The notes beneath the pieces were generated by a model that was not told the DNA's origin, did not search any database, and saw only the letters and a program-made list of their open reading frames with translations. DNA of 40,412 nucleotides, from positions 1 through 40,412 of IMG/VR virus record IMGVR_UViG_3300023284_000477; one strand, written 5' to 3'. A program made the position numbers and the translations under genes. This document shows positions 26,207 to 33,351 of this stretch, one piece after another. This DNA is from a virus. Position 1 is the stretch's first letter, and the number at the start of each line of letters is the position of its first letter.

Positions 26207-26637
26207 AATACTTAATAATTATATTGATACTGACAGGCTGTTCTTCACAGTGGCATCTTCGAAGGGCTATCAAAAAAGACCCTTTGATTGTTCAGGTAGA
26301 TACATTGTCAATAATTGACACGGTGACATTCACTACTGAAACGATTCGAACTGATTCAACATTTTTTATATCAAAAGACACTGTGATAATTATCAAGGAT
26401 AAATTGACAATAAAGCACTTCATTCAAAACGATTCGGTTTATATTTGGGGTGAATGCGAAGGTGATACAATTGTTAAAATTCTTGAACGTGATGTCATTA
26501 TTGATAGGTGGATTTATCCCAAAAAGAAGTGGACTGAATATTTGCCGCCGACCTGGATTCTTGTCTGTGCGTTTATTTATTTAGCTTGGCGTCGATGGTT
26601 TAGAAAGGACAATCATCAGGCTGATGATCAAGACTAG
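26203..26637 (+). CDS. Unimolecular-spanin-like lipoprotein (lipobox plus C-terminal TM)
   Basis: The N-terminus MKYLIIILILTGC carries the lipobox LTGC. The middle is beta-strand-rich. The C-terminal TM is TWILVCAFIYLAW followed by RRWFRK. ATGA coupling to the amidase gene. Confidence 0.6.
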   Translation: MKYLIIILILTGCSSQWHLRRAIKKDPLIVQVDTLSIIDTVTFTTETIRTDSTFFISKDTVIIIKDKLTIKHFIQNDSVYIWGECEGDTIVKILERDVIIDRWIYPKKKWTEYLPPTWILVCAFIYLAWRRWFRKDNHQADDQD

Positions 26638-27016
26638 ATTCCGTTGATTCAAATGTAAAGTTTTCGGGCTTTCCTTTTTCATCGCGAACATATTGAAGAT
26701 GTTTCTTTTTATTTTTGGAATTACTAAGAACTTGAAGATTGTCTACGTGATAGCCTTCCCATTCTCTAATTCTGTCCACATGAAAACTATGTTTTTGCCT
26801 TCCCTTTCCGAACATATAATGTGTCTCAATAGCCCACTTTTTAAATTCTTCAAATGTTAGATTGAATTCTTTTCGACGTTTTTTGGCGTTACCTCTAAGA
26901 TTTTGATAAGCGTATTGAATAGGATTGTTTTCGGAATATCGTTTCTGTTTGCAACTAGGGCAAAGTGTTCTGTGTTTTTGTCTCTTTTTACGGCAATTTG
27001 GCGTTGAACATTTCAC
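26600..27016 (-). CDS. HNH endonuclease (zinc-ribbon N-terminus)
   Basis: CSTPNC...CPSC, then HVDRIREWEGYHVDNLQVLSNSKNKKKH as the HNH core. GTG start. The 3' end overlaps the spanin-like gene by 38 nt (convergent). Confidence 0.75.
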   Translation of the reverse strand: MKCSTPNCRKKRQKHRTLCPSCKQKRYSENNPIQYAYQNLRGNAKKRRKEFNLTFEEFKKWAIETHYMFGKGRQKHSFHVDRIREWEGYHVDNLQVLSNSKNKKKHLQYVRDEKGKPENFTFESTESSLDHQPDDCPF

Positions 27017-27028
27017 ATCTATCGTTTT
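27014..27028 (-). promoter_or_regulatory. Start-codon-fused box AAAACGATAGATGTG (copy 2 of 6)
   Basis: The reverse complement of cacatctatcgtttt ends in the GTG start of the HNH gene. Confidence 0.65.
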
Positions 27029-27036
27029 ACCACCAA

Positions 27037-27062
27037 AGCCCCACTACGTTAATAGTGAGGCT
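27037..27062 (-). other. 10-bp stem-loop between the 27090 gene and the HNH gene
   Basis: On the minus-strand RNA, agccucacua-uuaacg-uaguggggcu pairs with 9 Watson-Crick pairs and 1 G-U pair. No U-tract follows. Confidence 0.45.
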
Positions 27063-27089
27063 TAGTGTATCCGCAAGAATTTGCGAAAC

Positions 27090-27323
27090 TTACGAATGTT
27101 GGTTTAATTTTCCTACTAACCAATATCGAGACATCCAACTTGACCAAACAAAGACACCACCTTGCTCTGGATCGTAAGTTAATTGATTATCAAAAGCTGT
27201 AAATTCTTGTGTTTGTTCGGCGGTTCCGTCTTTTACTCTTTGTAAAAAATCTTCTTTTGAAATGATTTTACCGATTCTTTGAAGTCTATTGGTTAATGGA
27301 TTTGAAAATCTTGAAGTGTTCAT
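27090..27323 (-). CDS. Hypothetical protein
   Basis: 77-aa ORF, first gene after the early promoter module at 27369-27433. Confidence 0.6.
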   Translation of the reverse strand: MNTSRFSNPLTNRLQRIGKIISKEDFLQRVKDGTAEQTQEFTAFDNQLTYDPEQGGVFVWSSWMSRYWLVGKLNQHS

Positions 27324-27359
27324 GTTGCAAATTTTTAATTGTTCGTCTTATTGACATAA

Positions 27360-27433
27360 CAAATATAAGTATAAAAGTATAACAAACAAGTATTATTTGA
27401 AAAAACTTTCAAAAAAGATGTGTAAAATTTAAC
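27360..27433 (-). promoter_or_regulatory. Early promoter/operator module (minus strand)
   Basis: The minus strand reads GTTAAATTTTACACATCTTTT (27413-27433), GTTATACTTTTATAC (27369-27383) and TATATTTG (27360-27367). Confidence 0.6.
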
Positions 27434-27456
27434 ATAAATAGAGAATCGAATGATAG

Positions 27457-27666
27457 TTATTTAGTGATAAATTCAATTTTAAGACCACGGCGCAATTTTA
27501 TGACAGTTCTGTCTGTCAGGCTTGCTAAAACCTTCTTAAAGTGTCTCTGCTGAAGCTCAAGACCTAAATGTTTCTCATATTGCCCCGCGCCGATAAGCTG
27601 TGATTTTTCGCCGGCATAAGTCAGGCAAATAATGAAGTCTTTATTTATCCGATTAATGTCTGTCAT
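27457..27666 (-). CDS. Hypothetical protein
   Basis: 69-aa ORF with ATGA coupling. Confidence 0.55.
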   Translation of the reverse strand: MTDINRINKDFIICLTYAGEKSQLIGAGQYEKHLGLELQQRHFKKVLASLTDRTVIKLRRGLKIEFITK

Positions 27667-27884
27667 TTTCTAAACTTATTCATCAGGATTGTGAAGTGTT
27701 CTTTTGCAAATTCCAGTTGAATCCCAGGATATGATTTTGCTTCATCAAAAAGTTCGTTCAAAAAGAATTCGACTTCGTCAAAACTTTCAGCATTATCAGC
27801 ATCAATCAATATCGTTGAAAATGATCTAAGAATGTCACCTTCAATGCTGATAATAATTCGTGAACGACTAGCTATCAAATTCAT
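27663..27884 (-). CDS. Hypothetical acidic protein
   Basis: The track start 27968 overlaps the upstream ORF by 100 nt. The internal ATG at 27884 (MNLIASRS...) reduces the overlap to 17 nt. The ATG at 27905 is also possible. Confidence 0.5.
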   Translation of the reverse strand: MNLIASRSRIIISIEGDILRSFSTILIDADNAESFDEVEFFLNELFDEAKSYPGIQLEFAKEHFTILMNKFRK

Positions 27885-28050
27885 CAATGATGTCAATTTG
27901 ATCATTCTGAACAATCGCCTGAACGCCTTTTTTATCTTCGCATAGATAATGCAAAGAATGGACTTCAATAACCTTGACCGGCGTTCCTTTTTTATAGTTG
28001 TGAAGAATCCCTTGATCCTTGCTTCCGGTGTGCTTTATTTTTCCTTTCAT
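27868..28050 (-). CDS. Hypothetical protein
   Basis: 60-aa ORF with ATGA coupling to the upstream gene. Confidence 0.5.
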   Translation of the reverse strand: MKGKIKHTGSKDQGILHNYKKGTPVKVIEVHSLHYLCEDKKGVQAIVQNDQIDIIDEFDS

Positions 28051-28259
28051 GATTGTAAATTAATTGCTTTAGTTCGCCATTGGCTGACCTCTAATTCCAT
28101 CGATTTAACTTCTTGACTTAATCTTGTAATTAGCCAGGAGTCTTTAAATCGTTGCGAAGGATTTTGACCTTCAAAATGATCTGTCTGTTCTTGCCGGATC
28201 TTCGCAAGTCGTTCGTTAATGATTTCTGGATTTTGGTTGTCATTTTCTGATTCGCTCAT
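28047..28259 (-). CDS. Hypothetical protein
   Basis: 70-aa ORF with ATGA coupling. Confidence 0.55.
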   Translation of the reverse strand: MSESENDNQNPEIINERLAKIRQEQTDHFEGQNPSQRFKDSWLITRLSQEVKSMELEVSQWRTKAINLQS

Positions 28260-28546
28260 ATTTCGATTTTATCAATTAGAAAGTCATTTATTTCTTTGGT
28301 GACTTCGATTTCAGTTCCATCGACGTCTAATTTAATCAATTTAGTAATTTCCGTCAATACGTCATAATCGTATGCCTCATATTCACATTCATTTCCGCGA
28401 TCCGTTTGGATATAATTTGCCGGTTCGCGTTCTGTTGTGGATTTGGCTTCGACTTCATATTCCTGATTGTCAATATAAACGCATGTAGAATAGATTCCAT
28501 TGTGCTCATAGACTTTTTCGTGATGTTCAAAATTTATTAAGTTCAT
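28256..28546 (-). CDS. Hypothetical acidic protein
   Basis: 96-aa ORF whose ATG is fused to the AAAAACGATAGAC box. Confidence 0.6.
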   Translation of the reverse strand: MNLINFEHHEKVYEHNGIYSTCVYIDNQEYEVEAKSTTEREPANYIQTDRGNECEYEAYDYDVLTEITKLIKLDVDGTEIEVTKEINDFLIDKIEI

Positions 28547-28559
28547 GTCTATCGTTTTT
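28544..28559 (-). promoter_or_regulatory. Start-codon-fused box AAAAACGATAGACATG (copy 3 of 6)
   Basis: It lies in an 11-nt spacer and overlaps the TAA stop of the PP-loop gene. There is no room for a promoter. Confidence 0.65.
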
Positions 28560-29451
28560 AGTATTTAGATTGAACACAGTGACCGTGTGACATCTTATAT
28601 TCAATCAGGTCGTCATTAGTCATGTGGCCGTATTTTTTAGTAACTTCTTCAAGCTTGGCCGGAAGCAAAGTCGCGCCCCAAACACCAAGATTTTTTTCGC
28701 CTTTATGTTGGTTAGCCGCGATCTTGTTTGCTTCAAGTTGAACCCATTTGTCAAACCATGTTCTTTTCAATCTGTAAAGATAAAGCAGTTCAATATCATT
28801 CATAAACGGACAAAGGATGCAGACGCTAGGAATAGGCAATTCATGTCCGACAGATTTGATATAGTCCTGACAAGCTTGACGATCCATTTGTTCAATTATC
28901 AACGGATAAACTTTGTTAACACATTCTCGCATCCATTTTGATGGGCTTTCTTCATTGGTTGACGCTCTCTTTTCTTCGCCTTTAGCGATGCCTATGATTA
29001 CATCAATCTTTCCGTTTACTTCAGTGAATTCTTTAGTTGCCGCTTTGCGTCCGACTTTAGCTGTATTATATTTTTCGTGAATATAGATTTCAAGAAATTT
29101 ATAAATCGGCTGAATCTTCAGCTTATCAGTGCAAGTTTTCGGAAATGCTTTGCTTCCGATCCTGTTTCCTTTTTCGTAAAATTTAATCAATCCGCCTTTC
29201 CAGGAATCAGATGTATAGGTGTAATCTTCAAGAAAGAAGAAATCAATCTTATGATCAGCGCAAAGTTTTTCAATTTCTTTGACGTGATCAAGCGTTTCTT
29301 GATTTTCATTTCCGGTGTTTGCCATGATGATGACTAAATCGCCTTTAACATGCTTGGCTTTAAATGATGGATCATAAATTATTTTGTAAAGAATTGCAGT
29401 CGAATCTTGTCCGCCCCCGAAACTTAAAAGTGTTAAATTATTGGTTGGCAT
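28558..29451 (-). CDS. PP-loop ATP-pyrophosphatase / PAPS-reductase-like protein
   Basis: The N-terminus LLSFGGGQDSTAILYKI matches the SGGxDS PP-loop. Also present are a CxxC (CILCPF) and a C-terminal SHGHC. Size is 297 aa. Confidence 0.7.
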   Translation of the reverse strand: MPTNNLTLLSFGGGQDSTAILYKIIYDPSFKAKHVKGDLVIIMANTGNENQETLDHVKEIEKLCADHKIDFFFLEDYTYTSDSWKGGLIKFYEKGNRIGSKAFPKTCTDKLKIQPIYKFLEIYIHEKYNTAKVGRKAATKEFTEVNGKIDVIIGIAKGEEKRASTNEESPSKWMRECVNKVYPLIIEQMDRQACQDYIKSVGHELPIPSVCILCPFMNDIELLYLYRLKRTWFDKWVQLEANKIAANQHKGEKNLGVWGATLLPAKLEEVTKKYGHMTNDDLIEYKMSHGHCVQSKY

Positions 29452-29464
29452 ATCTATCGTTTTT
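29449..29464 (-). promoter_or_regulatory. Start-codon-fused box AAAAACGATAGATATG (copy 4 of 6)
   Basis: It ends in the ATG of the PP-loop gene and sits in the 22-nt spacer after the small 46-aa ORF. Confidence 0.65.
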
Positions 29465-29473
29465 ATATAAATT

Positions 29474-29614
29474 CTATTTATTAATACTATTTTGCATTTC
29501 TTCTAACTGATAAGTGAACTTCACTTGATCATCATCATTTAGAATTCCATCTTCATTCAAAAATTCTAGTACTTCAATTAGCTTTTCAATTGTTTTTTCT
29601 GCTTCTTCTTTCAT
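29474..29614 (-). CDS. Small acidic protein (46 aa); not in the ORF track
   Basis: Manual translation gives MKEEAEKTIEKLIEVLEFLNEDGILNDDDQVKFTYQLEEMQNSINK*. Its ATG is fused to the conserved box. Confidence 0.5.
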   Translation of the reverse strand: MKEEAEKTIEKLIEVLEFLNEDGILNDDDQVKFTYQLEEMQNSINK

Positions 29615-29628
29615 GTCTATCGTTTTTT
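29612..29628 (-). promoter_or_regulatory. Start-codon-fused box AAAAAACGATAGACATG (copy 5 of 6)
   Basis: Reverse complement of catgtctatcgtttttt. It lies downstream of the promoter module at 29663-29718. Confidence 0.65.
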
Positions 29629-29662
29629 GTTTGTTTCTATACTGTAAATATATAATAAATAT

Positions 29663-29718
29663 GTATAAAAGTATAAAAGTATAACAAAATAATTCAAAAA
29701 AGATGTGTAAAATTTAAC
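29663..29718 (-). promoter_or_regulatory. Early promoter/operator module (minus strand)
   Basis: The minus strand reads GTTAAATTTTACACATCTTTT (29698-29718) and GTTATACTTTTATACTTTTATAC (29663-29685). Confidence 0.6.
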
Positions 29719-29726
29719 ATAAATAC

Positions 29727-29749
29727 AAAAAGCCCCGTCAATAGGGGCC
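29727..29749 (-). terminator. Rho-independent terminator (minus strand)
   Basis: The minus strand reads GCCCC-tattgac-GGGGC followed by TTTTT, just downstream of the 29776 gene. Confidence 0.6.
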
Positions 29750-29775
29750 TTAAGTGAATTAAAAAAATTGATTGT

Positions 29776-30369
29776 TTAACCTCTAAAAGTTACAAAAACT
29801 GTAATAGTCCCTAGAGCTGCATCATTTGGTTCAAAATCAAGAAGCAAATAAGGAAGCGTAACGGCGCCCCCAGCGTTTGCGCTGTTTGGTACGCCTGGTG
29901 TCACTGAAATTGTTCCGCCGACTTGGATTCTTGGTGTTGTTCCAGCGCCGTCATTTATCGGAACTTCTGAAAAGTCAAGGTCTGAACCAGTTCCATTCAA
30001 TCCGACTGAGATTGCTGCGAAACTAACCCTGTTCACGTTTTCAAGAATGCCACTTGTATTAATCACAATAGTCTGAAATCCTAACGAAACATCGACATCA
30101 AATTGATAAGACTCATACGCTGGAGTGCTTGCCCCTGAACTATTTCGAAAGAATTGTATTAAAGTCGCTGTTGTGTACGCTGTTGTGCCTGGTGAATCAA
30201 ACCAAGTACCGGAATCTGCCTTTAATATTATGAGCCTTCCGCCGCGTTCCTCATTGAGGATTATTTCAGTCGCCGTTTCTGTGTAGGACGTTCTATTTTG
30301 GGCATATTCAGATATAGTGCCATCGTTATCTGCGATGATATAATTTCCTGATACAAATATTTTCTTCAT
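29776..30369 (-). CDS. Hypothetical beta-rich Gly/Thr/Ser-rich protein
   Basis: 197-aa ORF, last gene of the leftward recombination operon. No recognisable motif. Confidence 0.65.
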   Translation of the reverse strand: MKKIFVSGNYIIADNDGTISEYAQNRTSYTETATEIILNEERGGRLIILKADSGTWFDSPGTTAYTTATLIQFFRNSSGASTPAYESYQFDVDVSLGFQTIVINTSGILENVNRVSFAAISVGLNGTGSDLDFSEVPINDGAGTTPRIQVGGTISVTPGVPNSANAGGAVTLPYLLLDFEPNDAALGTITVFVTFRG

Positions 30370-30398
30370 GATGATTAATTTTCTTAAAGCAAATATAG

Positions 30399-30956
30399 TT
30401 AAATTTTGAACACGCCACGTTTTATGAGTTCGAACACAATGTCGGCTTCATGAAGGGCGTCGTCAGCGCCGCGATGCTTTTGAATATATCCTGTGGCGAT
30501 CCCGAAATAGAAGTCCCAAGCCTCTTTTGCACTAGGGTTTTTATTCCTTCCGTTTTTACCCCTAGCATCAACAATCTTTCTTGATAGTTTCATCGGACAT
30601 GGAAGTTTTTTAGGAAAAACAAGCCCGACACGCTCAAGGAATCGGAAGTCAAATTCATTATTAAACGCTGTTATTCCGTTTGAGTATTCAAAAAGAATGT
30701 TTTGAATCTTCATTACTTGATTGTCAATTAAGTCACCTTTAAAGATGTCGGCTGTCGTCATAAATCCTTTTTCAACTATCCAGCATTCATTCAGTTCTTC
30801 TTCCGTTATGAATTGAGGCTTGAAAATTTCATCATAAATGATGTTTTTTGCCCCGCTGTCAATGTTAAGTTCCACGATTCCAATTTCTACAATTTCGTCA
30901 TCAGGTCTAAATCCAGTCGTTTCGATGTCGATTATCAATATTTTGTCTTGATTCAT
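30399..30956 (-). CDS. DEDDh 3'-5' exonuclease (DnaQ-like)
   Basis: ExoI is ILIIDIETTG, ExoII is AFNNEFDFRFL and ExoIII is HRGADDALHEADI. Confidence 0.85.
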   Translation of the reverse strand: MNQDKILIIDIETTGFRPDDEIVEIGIVELNIDSGAKNIIYDEIFKPQFITEEELNECWIVEKGFMTTADIFKGDLIDNQVMKIQNILFEYSNGITAFNNEFDFRFLERVGLVFPKKLPCPMKLSRKIVDARGKNGRNKNPSAKEAWDFYFGIATGYIQKHRGADDALHEADIVFELIKRGVFKI

Positions 30957-31345
30957 TCTAGTAGGTGTTTGTCTTGATAAATATTTCCTATTACTTCAAT
31001 TGTTCCGCCATCAATAACTGTGCATAATGGAAGCCCGTGATCGCCTAATTTTAGCTGAAAAGCCCCATTTACAAAAATCACTTCTTGAATAGTTGGTGAT
31101 ATATGTGCGGGTGAATTTGTTTCAACAATGTGGCCTTCATATATTTCGGCTTCGTTCTTGTCTTTTAATCCGGTGTATTGGCAATTTGTTCCGGTTTTTA
31201 TTACATGATAAACATAATCACAAACTATATTAAAATCATTCCAAGATCTAATTCCGGCAATCCCAACGTCGCCATCGTGTAGCAAATCGCCATACACCCA
31301 CTTTCCTTCTTGGGTTAGCCCTCTAAATTTTACTTCCCTGCTCAT
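30953..31345 (-). CDS. YopX family protein
   Basis: Motifs KFRGLTQEGKWVYGDLL, QYTGLKDKNEAEIYEGHIV and IEVIGNIYQDKHLLE. Confidence 0.8.
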   Translation of the reverse strand: MSREVKFRGLTQEGKWVYGDLLHDGDVGIAGIRSWNDFNIVCDYVYHVIKTGTNCQYTGLKDKNEAEIYEGHIVETNSPAHISPTIQEVIFVNGAFQLKLGDHGLPLCTVIDGGTIEVIGNIYQDKHLLE

Positions 31346-32210
31346 TCCCTAAAAGTGTTAAAGTATTAAAAATAAATTCACGACATTCTTTGACTCGGAT
31401 TTCAATCTGATCAATCGCGCCTTTTTCGAATTCAATGTCAAAGGCTTTGATTCTGTGCTGTATTTTAACTTTACCGAATGTCATCTTATCGACAAACTTG
31501 TCATAAAGATCTTTATCAAGATCGCCGTATCCATTAAAAAATGCGTAGTTCCTGGCCTCACGTTCGATCAAATATTCTGGGGTGTCCATAAGACAATATA
31601 TGACGCGGTGCTTGGTTCTTTTAGTCAGGTGCATATATCCCTGGCCTTGCCAGTAATAATCCATATTAGGAAGGCCGGATTCAAACAGGGGAAAAGTTGA
31701 CTGATCCCAGTTGGCTTTTGTGTCAATAGTTTCGTCTGGCTGAACGTTGTCAGGTGTTCCGGTCATGAATTTATTCTTATAATTTCTTTCGTTCTTGGTC
31801 AATAATCCGTATCCCAAATTATCAGACACAAAATCAAGCGCATGATCTTCGACAACATTTCCTTTTTCGATGTACTTGCTTTTGATTTCCTTCCTTCTTC
31901 CGTAGAATTCAGGCTGCTCTTTAAGCCAGTCAAGACAATAAGTTTTTGCAGTGTCGCCTAAAATGACAACATCTTTCATTTTCTGCAACCCTGGTAATTC
32001 ATCACATTGCTTCTTTATTGATTCATATAGTTTCAATCCGCCGGCGCCGTCTTTTGTCTTCATTTCATCGTACCGTTTTTCGTCTTTCGCCAGTTTTTCA
32101 ACGGCTTCAGTATATTTAATCATGTTTGACTTTCCTCTAGGATTGGTCATTATTTTTCCGATTGCAGAACATCGGATCTTGAATCTTTCTGCGATTTCTT
32201 TAATGTTCAT
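31323..32210 (-). CDS. YqaJ/lambda-Exo-like recombination exonuclease (PD-(D/E)xK)
   Basis: The N-terminus has RCSAIGKIMT. The catalytic-like segment is MTGTPDNVQPDETIDTKANWD. It lies in an operon with an ERF annealase. Confidence 0.7.
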   Translation of the reverse strand: MNIKEIAERFKIRCSAIGKIMTNPRGKSNMIKYTEAVEKLAKDEKRYDEMKTKDGAGGLKLYESIKKQCDELPGLQKMKDVVILGDTAKTYCLDWLKEQPEFYGRRKEIKSKYIEKGNVVEDHALDFVSDNLGYGLLTKNERNYKNKFMTGTPDNVQPDETIDTKANWDQSTFPLFESGLPNMDYYWQGQGYMHLTKRTKHRVIYCLMDTPEYLIEREARNYAFFNGYGDLDKDLYDKFVDKMTFGKVKIQHRIKAFDIEFEKGAIDQIEIRVKECREFIFNTLTLLGNEQGSKI

Positions 32211-32401
32211 TATTTTAGTTTTTTGGTTAATCTTATTTCAAGTTCATATTTTGGTTCAGTATAAATCCCTGTTGAAACATCACTGATGGTTGATTTCAAA
32301 TTCATTTTCTCGCCGTCCTTCAGCATTGTTTTTTCAAATTCGTTTTCGGGAATAAGTCTAATTTTAGATATCCCGTTTTTTATAATTAATTCAGAAGTCA
32401 T
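32210..32401 (-). CDS. Hypothetical protein
   Basis: 63-aa ORF, coupled on both sides. Confidence 0.5.
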   Translation of the reverse strand: MTSELIIKNGISKIRLIPENEFEKTMLKDGEKMNLKSTISDVSTGIYTEPKYELEIRLTKKLK

Positions 32402-33069
32402 GATTTCAGTAGTTTTTCATTTTCCTTTGTTAGCTTATATTTCTTTTTAATCGCCGTAAGCGTTGCCGATTTATTCTTCAAAGACTTCTTTGCTGCATCC
32501 CATTTCTTGTGGTCTGGCGTCAGTTCTTCCTTTTTATTTTCTGACGGTTCATTTCCGTCAGTATCATCGTCAGCAGAAAGCCCGACGGCACCCTTTAATG
32601 TATATCGCTTCAGATAGCTAACGGTTGAACCTATTGACTGAATAGTGTTCTTGTTGCCAGAACCGTCTTTTGGTGCTGTCATAGAAGTTCTTTCTTCATG
32701 ACCGTCAATGTGTGAAACGACACAAGTGATGTTTATTTCGCCGAGTGCTTCTTTGGTTTCCCATCTATAAGAAAGGCCACATTTTGATAATATTGGATCA
32801 ATCGCTTTCTGTATGACAGAAAGCGGCATGAATTTATATTGAAATTTATCGTTGTAAAAAACTTTCTTCTCTTTTTTAAGTTCCGGCTTATTGCCTTGGA
32901 ATTCAACCATCGCGCGTTTAAATGATTTTGAAGCTTCATTTCTGTCGAAGCGTTCTTTTAGTTCCATTAGTTTTTCAAGTTTGCCGATGTCAGCGTCTTT
33001 TTCAACTGCTAATTCAAGCAACATTATATAGTTGTTTTTCGCTGGCAAATTATCTTTTTTCATTGTCAT
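32398..33069 (-). CDS. ERF-family single-strand annealing protein
   Basis: Motifs LSVIQKAIDPILSKCGLSYRWE, IQSIGSTVSYLKRYTLKGAVGLSADDDTDG and a Lys-rich tail. Confidence 0.75.
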   Translation of the reverse strand: MTMKKDNLPAKNNYIMLLELAVEKDADIGKLEKLMELKERFDRNEASKSFKRAMVEFQGNKPELKKEKKVFYNDKFQYKFMPLSVIQKAIDPILSKCGLSYRWETKEALGEINITCVVSHIDGHEERTSMTAPKDGSGNKNTIQSIGSTVSYLKRYTLKGAVGLSADDDTDGNEPSENKKEELTPDHKKWDAAKKSLKNKSATLTAIKKKYKLTKENEKLLKS

Positions 33070-33329
33070 GATCTTATGTTTTTTAAAATTTCTTTAAAGT
33101 GATTGTCGAAATCTATTTCAGTGATCATTTCGTGATCATTGCTGAGAGCTTCAACTGCGGATCTAAAACATGATTCGTTTCTTTCTATTTGATTAGCGTA
33201 ACCCCAAACACGAACAGCATCATTTACTCCTATTATTTTGAAAGACGACGACATGCTTCTTATATAGAAAGGGACTTCGATTTCAACTTTGTTTTGTACT
33301 GTTTCATTTTTTTTAACTATAATTTTCAT
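33066..33329 (-). CDS. Hypothetical protein (87 aa)
   Basis: The track start 33383 runs into the promoter region. The ATG at 33329 (MKIIVKKNE...) is fused to the conserved box. Confidence 0.6.
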   Translation of the reverse strand: MKIIVKKNETVQNKVEIEVPFYIRSMSSSFKIIGVNDAVRVWGYANQIERNESCFRSAVEALSNDHEMITEIDFDNHFKEILKNIRS

Positions 33330-33342
33330 ATCTATCGTTTTT
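33327..33342 (-). promoter_or_regulatory. Start-codon-fused box AAAAACGATAGATATG (copy 6 of 6)
   Basis: Reverse complement of catatctatcgttttt. Confidence 0.65.
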
Positions 33343-33351
33343 AGTTCGGTA

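Noticed and set aside
26965-27177. 70-aa plus-strand ORF spanning the HNH start and the intergenic stem-loop
   Set aside because: It is antisense to two better-supported minus-strand genes and to the conserved start box. It has no plus-strand promoter context.
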